Positions 53,080-64,000 of a stretch of 64,000 nucleotides of DNA are shown here, piece after piece; the first letter of the stretch is position 1, and the number at the start of each line of letters is the position of its first letter. Below the pieces are notes generated by a model. The model saw nothing but the letters and a program-made list of their open reading frames with translations, was not told the DNA's origin and did no database searches. Source of the DNA: Macrostomum lignano (Eukaryota); contig NIVC01003079.1 in NCBI GenBank assembly GCA_002269645.1, positions 1-64,000 of the forward strand, read 5' to 3'. Position numbers and translations under genes: made by a program.

Positions 53080-56000
53080 TCAGATATCCACAACCATCTT
53101 CTTGTGGATCTCCAGGCCGCTCACAACTTCGCAAAACTCTTCGAACGAGATTCGGCCGTCTCCGTCCTTGTCAGCGAAGATGATAGTTTTGTCAACTATC
53201 TGCTGCAACTGAGCGTCCTTCAGGTTGTTTCCCACCATCATCTTCAGCACCTGCCAGATAGCGGTTTGCATGAGGAGTTCTGCTTTAGAGTTGTCAGGTG
53301 ACATCAGCTTCATCATTAGAGTGGAAACAATAGCGATTTTTAACCCCCATTGTGATTCTAAAACCATCACAGTGATTCCTGACGCTCATTGTGAATCTAA
53401 AACCATCACAGTGATTCCTGACGCTCATTGTGAATCTAAAAACCATCACAGTGATTCGCAACCCTCATTGTGAACCTAAAACCATCAGTGATTCCCGACG
53501 CTCATTGTGAATCTAAAACCATCACAGTGATTCCCGACCCTTATTGTGATTCTAAAAACCATCACAGTGATTCCCGACGCTCATTGTGAATCTAAAAACC
53601 ATCACAGTGATTCCCGACGCTCATTGTGAATCTAAAACCATCACAGTGATTCCCGACGCTCATTGTGAATCTAAAACCATCACAGTGATTCCCGACCCTT
53701 ATTGTGATTCTAAAACCATCACAGTGATTCCCGACCCTTATTGTGATTCTAAAACAATCACAGTGATTCCCGACGCTCATTGTGAATCTAAAAACCATCA
53801 CAGTGATTCCCGACGCTCATTGTGATTCTAAAACCATCACAGTGATTCTCAACCCTCATCGTGAACCCAAAAGCCTCACCGTGAAGAGCTCCCCATTGCT
53901 AATGTAGCCATCATTGTCGATATCGTAGATCTTGAAAGCGAAACGCAACTTGGCCTCTTTATTGCCGCGCACGGAGAACTGCGACACGCCGTCAATGAAC
54001 TCTTTGAAGTCAACCTGTGAAATTCGGGTAGTAACTGCTAGATCAGAGTAGGTCAGACTGTATACAACAGGCAAAATAGGACTTTCTGTGGTGATCCTAC
54101 AAAACAGCTAAGATTTTCTTACAACAGCTAGCAGTTAAATAGCAAGAAATTTAACAAGTCTAGAAATCTCATTTCCTAGAAGACTTCTTTAGCAGCAGTT
54201 TACACAAAACTAGTAATTTTGCAAATAGCTGTTTACACGCTTTGAAGTACGAGTATCTAGTTTGTGAAGTGTCTAGTTTGTGAAGTGTCTAGTTTGTGAA
54301 GTGTCTAGTTTTTGAGGCATCTAGTTTGTAAAGTGTCTAGTTTGTAAAGTGTCTAGTTTGTGAAGTGTCTAGTTTGTGAAGTGTCTAGTTTGTGAAGTGT
54401 CTAGTTTTTGAGGTATCTAGTTTGTAAAGTGTCTAGTTTGTAAAGTGTCTAGTTTGTGAAGTGTCTAGTTTGTGAAGTGTCTAGTTTGTGAAGTGTCTAG
54501 TTTTTGAGGTATCTAGTTTGTAAAGTGTCTAGTTTGTAAAGTGTCTAGTTTTTGAGGTATCTAGTTTGTAAAGTGTCTAGCTTGTGAAGTATCTAGTTTG
54601 TGAGGTATCTAGTTTGTGAGGTATCTAGTTTGTGAGGTATCTAGTTTGTGAAGTATCTAGTTTGTGAGTGAAGTATATAGTCTGTGAGGTATCTAGTTTG
54701 TGGAGTATCTAGTTTGTGAAGTATCTAGTTTGTAAAGTGTCTAGTTTGTGAAGTATCTAGTTTGTTAAGTGTCTAGCTTGTGAAGTGTCTAGTTTGTGAA
54801 GTGTCTAGTTTGTGAAGTGTCTAGTTTGTGAAGTGTCTAGTTTTTGAGGTATATAGTTTGTAAAGTGTCTAGTTTGTAAAGTGTCTAGTTTTTGAGGTAT
54901 CTAGTTTGTAAAGTGTCTAGCTTGTGAAGTATCTAGTTTGTGAGGTATCTAGTTTGTGAGGTATCTAGTTTGTGAAGTATCTAGTTTGTGAGTGAAGTAT
55001 CTAGTCTGTGAGGTATCTAGTTTGTGGAGTATCTAGTTTGTGAAGTATCTAGTTTGTAAAGTGTCTAGTTTGTGAAGTATCTAGTTTGTTAAGTGTCTAG
55101 CTTGTGAAGTGTCTAGTTTGTAAAGTGTCTAGTTTGTAAAGTGTCTAGTTTGTAAAGTGTCTAGCTTGTGAAGTATCTAGCTTGTAAAGTGTCTAGCTTG
55201 TGAAGTATCTAGTTTGTAAAGTGTCTAGCTTGTGAAGTGTCTAGTTTGTAAAGTGTCTAGCTTGTGAAGTATCTAGTTTGTGAAGTATCTAGTTTGTGAG
55301 GTATCTAGTTTGTGAGGTATCTAGCTTGTGAAGTATCTAGTTTGTAAAGTGTCTAGCTTGTGAAGTATCTAGTTTGTAAAGTGTCTAGCTTGTGAAGTAT
55401 CTAGCTTGTGAAGTATCTAGCTTGTAAAGTGTCTAGCTTGTGAAGTATCTAGTTTGTAAAGTGTCTAGCTTGTGAAGTGTCTAGTTTGTAAAGTGTCTAG
55501 CTTGTAAAGTGTCTAGTTTGTAAAGTGTCTAGCTTGTGAAGTATCTAGTTTGTGAGGTATCTAGTTTGTGAGGTATCTAGTTTGTGAGGTATCTAGTTTG
55601 TGAAGTATCTAGTTTGTGAGGTATCTAGTTTGTAAAGTGTCTAGCTTGTGAAGTATCTAGTTTGTAAAGTGTCTAGCTTGTGAAGTATCTAGTTTGTAAA
55701 GTGTCTAGCTTGTGAAGTATCTAGTTTGTAAAGTGTCTAGCTTGTGAAGTATCTAGTTTGTAAAGTGTCTAGCTTGTGAAGTATCTAGTTTGTAAAGTGT
55801 CTAGCTTGTGAAGTATTTAGTTTGTAAAGTGTCTAGCTTGTGAAGTGTCTAGCTTGTGAAGTATCTAGTTTGTGAGGTATCTAGTTTGTGAGGTATCTAG
55901 TTTGTGAGGTATCTAGTTTGTGAAGTATCTAGTTTGTGAGGTATCTAGTTTGTAAAGTGTCTAGCTTGTGAAGTATTTAGTTTGTAAAGTGTCTAGCTTG

Positions 56001-56734
56001 TGAAGTATCTAGTTTGTAAAGTGTCTAGCTTGTGAAGTATTTAGTTTGTAAAGTGTCTAGTTTGTAAAGTGTCTAGCTTGTGAAGTATCTAGTTTGTGAG
56101 GTATCTAGTTTGTGAGGTATCTAGTTTGTGAGGTATCTAGTTTGTGAAGTATCTAGTTTGTGAGGTATCTAGTTTGTAAAGTGTCTAGCTTGTGAAGTAT
56201 TTAGTTTGTAAAGTGTCTAGCTTGTGAAGTATCTAGTTTGTAAAGTGTCTAGCTTGTGAAGTATCTAGTTTGTAAAGTGTCTAGCTTGTGAAGTATCTAG
56301 TTTGTAAAGTGTCTAGCTTGTGAAGTATCCAGTTTGTGAAGCTGTGTGCACGTTTTCTAATTTTAGTGTAACGATGAAAGCGCTTAAATAACTTGATAGA
56401 TTTTGTTACTAAATGTGTGTGGAGGATAGAATGAAAATTTTGCCTGTCATCCAAATTTGATATGCCTTAATGAAGTTAATTATTCAACAGTAGTATATAG
56501 CAATAGTATATGCCGCAAATAGCCATAGCGCACCTCTCCATTGTGATCGGTGTCAAATATTTCAATGACTCGTTGCACCAGCGGGTTCTGCTGCAGCTCC
56601 GGCAGGGACATGAACTCGTCAACTGACAGGCTGCCGGAGCCATCCAAGTCCAGCTTCTTGAATCGCTTGCCGAGGCGCTTCAGCTCCTCAACATCGAATG
56701 TTGTGCACATGTCCACAGGCAGTGTGTTGCCCAT
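53080..56734 (-). CDS. PPP3R1: Calcineurin subunit B (EF-hand regulatory subunit), 168 aa, 3 exons
   Basis: Exons 56734-56534, 54014-53880, 53250-53080 (all phase 0; 507 nt). MGN N-myristoylation start, [79 protein letters not shown] on the minus strand at 53009-53014. Confidence 0.97.
53335..53860. repeat. 39-bp minisatellite (CCATCACAGTGATTCCCGACGCTCATTGTGAATCTAAAA) in calcineurin B intron 2
   Basis: Tandem periodicity. Confidence 0.93.
54255..56340. repeat. 16-bp minisatellite (GTGTCTAGTTTGTGAA and variants) ~130 copies in calcineurin B intron 1
   Basis: Tandem periodicity. Confidence 0.97.
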
Positions 56735-58309
56735 TGCTGCTGTGTTGCACTGATTTTAGACCTATTGCTATTTAATACTTATTTTGCAATGCAGGCAAAA
56801 GCAAAGGTCTGGCAACATGCAATTTAATGCATGACTATTACTGGTTTTGGTTCCAAGAGAAGAGGTAGATGTTTAGAATATACACTTACAGCTTATCATC
56901 AAAGAATAATTTCAAATGTTATATAGAAAATGTTCCAGTCTACTGGTAAGTAAACTTCAAATAGTCATTCTACAAATTAGGCCTAAGAAATTCAATATAA
57001 CCCATAAATCTTATACACTATAACATGCAAATGCAACCTCTAAAATTGCAAACAATCACAAACATAGCTTAGGGGCATAGGCAATTGAGAATAGGGTTAG
57101 GGTAAAGGCTGATATGGGAGGTAAATATGCTTGGTCCTCTATAAATCCAAAGAGACAGGGGATGCTAACCCCCATTGGTCTTATCTCCAGATATTTCTCA
57201 TTATACTACTACTAATATAGTTTAAATCTGTCTTTTGATAGTACTAATAGAATAATTAAGTTGTCCCAAGATGATTCTTGGTTGAAAGATTATTTTATTG
57301 CTATAAAAAGCTATCATTTATCACTAATATTAAAATGATGACCAATTTTAATGATTTCAATTTGGTGCCAACAATATAAGAAAATACTAGCATATAAAAA
57401 TTATGAAACAATCTAAGAGTATATGCCAGTACATTGAGAAATGCAAAAATATACTGATTTATAATGAAATCCTTTTGAAAGTAAATTGATAAAAATAAAA
57501 TTATAATGATAATAAATTTAATTTATACTTGCATGGATCTTGCTAAAATCCTAGAAAATTGCTAGCCCAATAGAATAAAATATTTTCTTAAATTGTATTA
57601 ACCCAAATATTATGTTTAAGCTTATTTTATAAGCCAAAATTAATCCAACATTAGAAAAATGATAATATAAGATACATTAAAAGCTTAAGCATAAATTGGG
57701 TTAACAACTAGTAGATTAATTAAAGTTGATATAAAATTTGACTAATGTTTCTATTGGGATATGTTAGCTTTAACTTTTTATTAACTATTTCTTGTTTTGG
57801 CATATATTTTGAATGACATTTATTATGGTTTAAGGTTATTTATACTCCATAGTATCAGGCATTACAAAATTCAAGCATATTTTGTCCCTTATTGAGAATC
57901 TTAACATTTAGATTTTTTTTAACCAAGTTTAAAAGTCGGAAGTTGCCAAGTTCACTAAAATTGGTTTAGGTTTGGCATATAAAATAAAAAGCAAGTTAAT
58001 TTTAATCAAAGATTTTTTTAAATTTAAACAAAAACAAAAATGAAATAAAAAAGTAGGCTTTTGCAATTTAAAAAGAAAATAAAAGTAAAACAAAGAATAA
58101 AAATTATAGAAAAATGCTTCTGTAGTTCAAAAAATCTTTTTTTAAAGAATATATAGAAAAAGTTAAAATAAAAGCAACTTTAGTTTTTGCATAATAAACT
58201 TTCCTTTAAATTTTTAATTTATTATTTGTCTTTTTGTAGCCAAGCCAATGGCCATTATCACAAATGGTGACAATGTCTAATATAGATTTGCACCTAGTGC
58301 TAGTATACC

Positions 58310-58554
58310 TTTTCATATTCAATTTTGATCAAAGTCCAGTTTTAAAAGAACTAGTGGAAATTCAATTTAGACAATGCAAACTAGAGACAATTTTGTCTAT
58401 GGCTAAACCTTGCTTCGATGGCAGAATGTTTTGAACTGGGGTTTGTTTTTATTGATTTTCAATAAGTGTTGCCCTAGGCCCAGTCTAAGTTGTCTAAATT
58501 GAATTTCTGCTAGTTTTTTAAGAACTGGACTTTGATCAAAATTGAATGTGAAAA
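58310..58554. repeat. Inverted repeat, 65-bp arms (possible degenerate MITE)
   Basis: 58310-58374 vs 58490-58554 are near reverse complements. Confidence 0.7.
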
Positions 58555-60519
58555 TAGCATATAGTATGTAACAATTGATATAGTATAGCAGTAGTGCAAG
58601 GTAAGTAAGCATACAAGCCAATTTATATAACTAAATCCTATTATAGTTTGGAAGGTGATATGTATGCCAGGATTTCCTAGTATAAAACAAGGGTACTTGC
58701 CATTTTTCAGCATACATCCTAGTGTAGCTATATACACAGCAGAAATAGTGTCAATGATATATTTTAGTCCTAGAGTACAAATGAGGTCTTATTACTTTTT
58801 CCAGCATTAGACCTGGCTTAAGCCTACACTAATACACAATCCAAACTATAGTGTAACTATGATGGACTAGGCCTAACTAGTTTTTACTTTTTATTAACAT
58901 ATTTTTGCAAAGATTAAAAGTTTACATGCTTAAAATTTGGGTCGTCATTTTTTGTTTTTGTGTGCAATATAAGTCCATTGGTGTACATTTGTGTACAGAA
59001 GCTAAGGAGCCAAATTTTGTTCCGGCAGTACACAATTCTGACATTCTGACGTCTGAAAAACAAACAAATTGGCAGCAGATAAATTGACTGGACACCCTTT
59101 ATAAGCATCTAAATGGGCTAGGCATGGGCTAGGCATAGGTGCTAAATGCCGATTTAATTTACAGCTTTTTACTATGAAAAAATTAATCCAGCTCTGGGAG
59201 TAGATTAGTGGTAAGTTTTAAAAAATACCTTATTACTAGCAGGACTCTCTAAGTTTTCGGAGAATTCATGCATTTTTTGAAGATTTCAAATCCATTACAC
59301 TCGTCAGCTTAGCAAATTTTACTTGTTGCTTAGTGCGGTGAAAAACTAATTTTTCGATAGTTTAATAAATAAACTGTTCTGTTTGATTACTTTTGCGTAC
59401 TGTACAACGATTATCTTTTCAATTTGAAAATACTTGTTTTAAGCTCGGCAGTTAAAAGTTGCAAGCCGGAAGAAATGAGGTTGTCATTATTAATTTTAAA
59501 AAAGATTACTGATGCAGACGCATTTATTAGATTGGCTATCTCGTTCAAGATTTTTTCTATTAAAAACGCCTTTGCTTTTCAAGGACGACACTGGAGCTCA
59601 ATATCTTTTCTAGAGTTATAGGCATAGGCACTAATAGGTGATACGGCAATTACACATATACCTTAAATTAATTTCCTCCATCCATCTGCACAGCCGGAGA
59701 TCATGGAAAAATGATCTCTGCAATTCCCCGAAAGCAAAGCACAACTACCGGATCTCCTCACTATATTTTTAGAAAGGCTATTTGTAACAATTCTCGGGAC
59801 TCCAAATAGTCGTGGGGCGCTCCGAGTATGCAAATGCAGATGATGGACAACCAAAGCGGCTGGAAAATCGATGCAATTGACTTCTGATGCCGTTACCCAG
59901 AATCTTTCCAAACTACTTGATATCCTTACTTGAGCATCAAAACGCGCCATTCTACTTGAGCAAAACTGTTCCTGAGCAGCGACCTTCCACCATGACACCT
60001 GCTTAGACTCGAAGAGAGTGCCATGCGTCACTGTGAGGATGATTGCTCGAAAGCGATGTGAATGGGGGCTTCCAAGATCTACTGGCGTTCAAGTTACCTG
60101 CGATAAAGGGTTGCAGAATATAATCAACCGAGAGTACGTTTGCTTACGGGAAGGGAAGTTCGATCGGGTCATAAAAATTATAAAAAAACGTTGCATTTTC
60201 CTATTCATTCACTGCTTTCGTTTTTTTGTTTGTTTGACTATGCACAGCCGCTCTTTTGCGAAGTGCAAATGTAAAGTTAAAAAAAATCAGATAACCTTTA
60301 TAACTCGGTTGATTTGGCTCATTTCACATTTACAGTAGTCGTTTTACTATCGTCATTGCAAGAGCACACTAATAAATATTTGAGCAAAATTGTACAGGCA
60401 AGACAACAATGTAAAAAGTAGATTTTCAACAAAATGCAGCACAATAATATTCAGTTGTTAATGTTAGTCCACACTCAACAACAAATGCACCAATCAGGCC
60501 GCAGTATCAGGTGTCAGTG

Positions 60520-62716
60520 TCAGGTAAACAGATCCGGAGCCGCAACAAGGCTATCCAACAAGCAGGCCGAATCCGAGCTGCTGCGACCGTCAGCCTCTGT
60601 TGAAGCCGTAGCAGCCGTGGCCACAGTCGCTGCAACAACGCCATGCACCCTGGCGAGGTGGACGCGCAGATTGGAGCCGGAGATCAGCGCGGCCGGGCAC
60701 AGGTTGCACGAATGGCGCAGAGCTGCCGAATGCACAGCCATGTGAGCCGAGCGCTGCTCGCGACGGCAGAAACGTCTTCGGAGAAAAACGTTTATGCAAT
60801 TAATTTAGATCTAAGCGAAAATACGATCTAAGCCCTCCGCGACCGCGACTCACTTGGAACAGACGGGACACGCAAACGGGCGCTCATGTCTGGGCGCGTG
60901 GCGCGCCAGCTGATGGCGCCGGAGGTCTTCGGCCCTGGCGAAGCTCTGCCCCGGGCAGGCGTCGCAGGCAAATTTTGGCTCGGCGTGCCGGCCGCGCCGA
61001 TGGACAGACAGCGCGCTGGAGCTCAGAAAGCCGGCGCCGCAGTCGGCGCACGTGTGACTGCGCGGCAGGCTGGCGAGCTGTCTATTGCCATGGCAACTGT
61101 CCAGGTGGCGCTGAAGGCCGACCTTCTTGCGGAACGCCGAATCGCAGAACGAGCAACGGAATGGCGCAGAGCCTGACGCGTGCGGCAAATGGTCACGTGA
61201 GTCTCGCATGGGTCACTGGGAAGGGTGACTGGGAAGGGTGATTGGAGAGGGTGATGGGGTGATTGGGGATATTGGGGAGGGTGATGGGGTGATTGGGGAG
61301 GGTGATGGGGTGATTGGAGAGGGTGATTCGGTGATTGGAGAGGGTGATGGGGTGATTTGGGTGATTGGGGACGGTGATGGGGTGATTGGGGAGGGTGATG
61401 GGGTGATTTGGGTGATTGGGGAGCCTGGGGAGGGTGATGGGGTGATTTGGGTGATTGGGGAGGGTGATGGGGTGATTAGGGAGGGTGATGGGGTGATTGG
61501 AGAGGGTGATTAGGGAGGGTGATGGGGATGATTGGGGAGGGTGATGGGGGTGATTGCGGAGGGTAATGGGGGTGACTTAGGTGATTGGGGAGGGTGATGG
61601 GGTGATTAGGGAGGGTGATGGGGTGATTGGAGAGGGTGATTAGGGAGGGTGATGGGGATGATTGGGGAGGGTGATGGGGATGATCGGGGAGGGTGATGGG
61701 GATGATTAGGGAGGGTGATGGGGATGATTGGGGAGGGTGATGGGGGTGATTGCGGAGGGTAATGGGGGTGACTTAGGTGATTGGGGAGGGTGATGGGATG
61801 ATTGGGGAGGGTGATGGGGATGATTGGGGAGGGTGATGGGGATGATCGGGGAGGGTGATGGGGGTGATTGCGGAGGGTAATGGGGGTGACTTAGGTGATT
61901 GGGGAGGGTGATGGGATGATTGGGGAGGGTGATGGGGATGATTGGGGAGGGTGATGGGGATGATCGGGGAGGGTGATGGGGATGATTGGGGAGGGTGATT
62001 GGGGTGATTGGGTGGGTGGTTGAATAACTCTGGAGCAACGCCAATTCAGTGACATGGTCCCACAACCAGCCCTGAAGCAATTCTGCCCATTCCGCTGACT
62101 CCTGAGCACACACAAGCGCGCCAGTACTATACGCAGGCACGCACTCATACCATGCTTGGGCGCAACCTTGGGATTCACCCGGTCGTTTCTATTGGCAACG
62201 CACACATGTAAGTCACTATTGGACGGAATAGTAGTCACGTGACTGCTCTCAGCCAATAGCGACTTACATGTGAGGGTTGCCAATAGAAACGGCCGAGTGA
62301 TTCCCAGGTTGCGCATGTATGACTCATACGCACGCTCACACAGGGTGTACAGCGGCCTTCTAATCCGGCAAGGCTTCGGCCGGTGCCCTCAAGACAGATT
62401 TACTAAAACAATTACCCAAAAAGCAATGAAGTCAAAGGCCCTTACCTGTGTGCAGCAGCATGTGCCTGCCAAGCGCAGAAGGCGATGAAAGTGTCTGGCC
62501 ACACACGCTGCAGTCGACTCGCTCATTGCCGAGATGAGTTCGGCTCATGTGCTTAATAAGACTGCTACGCTTGGCAAATGTTTTACCACAGAGGGCGCAG
62601 TCGATAGCGGCAGTGGCGGCATTGCTGCAGTTTGGGCGCGGCTGCTGTTCGAGCTGCAGGGTTGGCCGAATGACTTGAATGGTCAATAATGGAGGTTCAG
62701 CATCGTCAGACATCAT
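60520..62716 (-). CDS. C2H2 zinc-finger protein, 7 fingers, ~281 aa, 3 coding exons
   Basis: Exons 62716-62446, 61172-60854, 60775-60520 (phases 1 and 2 match; 846 nt). Fingers CALC..HMSRTH, CSVC..HMLLH, CSFC..HLDSCH, CADC..HRRGRH, CDAC..HQLARH, CPVC..HMAVH, CNLC..HLARVH. Confidence 0.88.
61215..62015. repeat. G-rich ~21-bp minisatellite (GGGGAGGGTGATGGGGTGATT) in the zinc-finger gene intron
   Basis: Tandem periodicity; dense GGG runs. Confidence 0.93.
62151..62321. mobile_element. 171-bp hairpin hAT-like MITE inserted in a SINE family B remnant
   Basis: CA...TG termini. Internal inverted repeat (~62159-62314). Exact 8-bp TSD ACTCATAC (62143-62150, 62322-62329). Flanks match the SINE B body (CCCATTCCGC..ACTCC, GTGTACAGCGGCC). 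Confidence 0.8.
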
Positions 62717-63502
62717 CAATTTTGGACCTGCAAGGACAAAGATGATTTTTTACATAATGGTTATAGTAGTATGGAATGACCATTTGATTACATTAGTTGT
62801 TATATCTAATATACTAAATCTTTAAGGTTTGTGCTTGCTTGCGTGCTTGCTTACTAGCAAAAAAATTAGCAAAAATATGCAGTTAGTCAATGCATGTACC
62901 AAACCAATCTAATACTTTATAGTCATGTTTAGCACCTTTAACAAAACCTCTCATTGAATCTAAATGCATAGTCATTCATTATTACAATAGGTGCCCGTTT
63001 TTTTAATTGCTGACAGTTCAGCAGTTTTTCTGCTAAGCAAACAGAAAGTTTTCTCTTTATAAAATTGTTTGTTGGGTAGTAAGGATTTGGGATAAGGATA
63101 AAGAGTAGGATGGACTAGCCTATATATTGTATATTACAATTTGTTGATATTTTACTCTTTAGCAAAACTTCAATAGTTACTATTCCACTAGTTGGTGTAC
63201 TAGTTTTGTTATCATCTTGCACAGCATTTTAGCTATAATGAGGACATTGTTGGGTAGTTCCCCCTATTCTCTATCCAAAGGGAGCTCTTTATTTAAGACT
63301 TAAGTTAAGTCTTAAGTTAAGTTAAAACCTAAGTGTGACTGCTGGTGCGCTATTTCAGCGAACTGTGCTATTTTATAAATTTCACTAGATTTTTCAAATC
63401 CAAGTCCACTGAACAGTGTAGAGAACTGTAAATTATATCAGAATGCACTACTTAAAGTAATATTCCAACAAAATTAATTTAAACTCGCAATCTATTTTAG
63501 AA

Positions 63503-63576
63503 TGAGTCATGATGAGTCATATCTATTTTTAGAAATTCTATTTTAGAATGAGTCATGTGAAAACAGAAGTGACTCA
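63503..63576. promoter_or_regulatory. Cluster of four AP-1-type TGA(C/G)TCA sites upstream of the zinc-finger gene
   Basis: TGAGTCA at 63503, 63513 and 63549; TGACTCA at 63570. Function untested. Confidence 0.35.
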
Positions 63577-64000
63577 GAGCACTACGTAGGACCAACGTTT
63601 ATTTGATCAAGAAACCGGTTCTTGGGAATTTTATTTGCTTAATTCCATCTATGGTAATGATCAAACATTCATGACCTCCTAATCAAACATAAGTAAATAA
63701 CCGATTTTAAGCCAGTTTTCCACCCAAATTTTACTATAAATATATGCGAAAATCTGAGTCAAAAATTCAGACTTGGAGCGGTCTCAAGGAAGACTTTGGA
63801 ATATGTTAACCAAAGAAGACTCATCTCTGAGAGAAGAAATCCGGATAGATTGGTAAGCGTTTACCCGATTTGGTTATTTGTTACTAGCACTAATAAGTTG
63901 ATTAATTGAGTTTATGAGAGCCACTTATCGTTGACACATTTGAGAAAGGCCTCCTTGTTTCCTAGGATACATTCCTAGAGGATTTATTGAGTTGATTTGA

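Noticed and set aside
59663-60338. ORFs 59663-60031 (-) and 60018-60338 (+), also 10517-11059 (+)
   Set aside because: No recognisable motifs or codon-like composition; probably UTR or intergenic.

Overview
Eukaryotic (invertebrate metazoan) genomic DNA. GC-rich exons and minisatellite-filled introns resemble a Macrostomum-type flatworm; that assignment is inference only. Five spliced protein-coding genes can be reconstructed with fully phase-consistent GT-AG introns. They are a 10-exon SOL-1-like multi-CUB cell-surface protein (+, 12082-32831), RPL7A (-), a TECPR2 orthologue carrying a ~1.3 kb in-frame coding minisatellite and a C-terminal LIR motif (-), calcineurin B (-) and a 7-finger C2H2 zinc-finger gene (-). 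The rest is transposon-derived or tandem-repeat DNA: a decayed mariner, two tRNA-SINE families, an RTE-like LINE fragment, a CACTA/EnSpm-like element, several hAT-like and other MITEs, and more than 15 different tandem arrays. The most unusual region is 0.2-7.4 kb. It is a mosaic of short modules delimited by 22 exact copies of CCATAGAC/GTCTATGG. It contains two divergently oriented, differently deleted Crypton-like tyrosine-recombinase remnants and a foldback carrying a Tc1-type HTH, which suggests a recombinase-built insertion array. All coordinates and counts were read by eye and no database searches were run.
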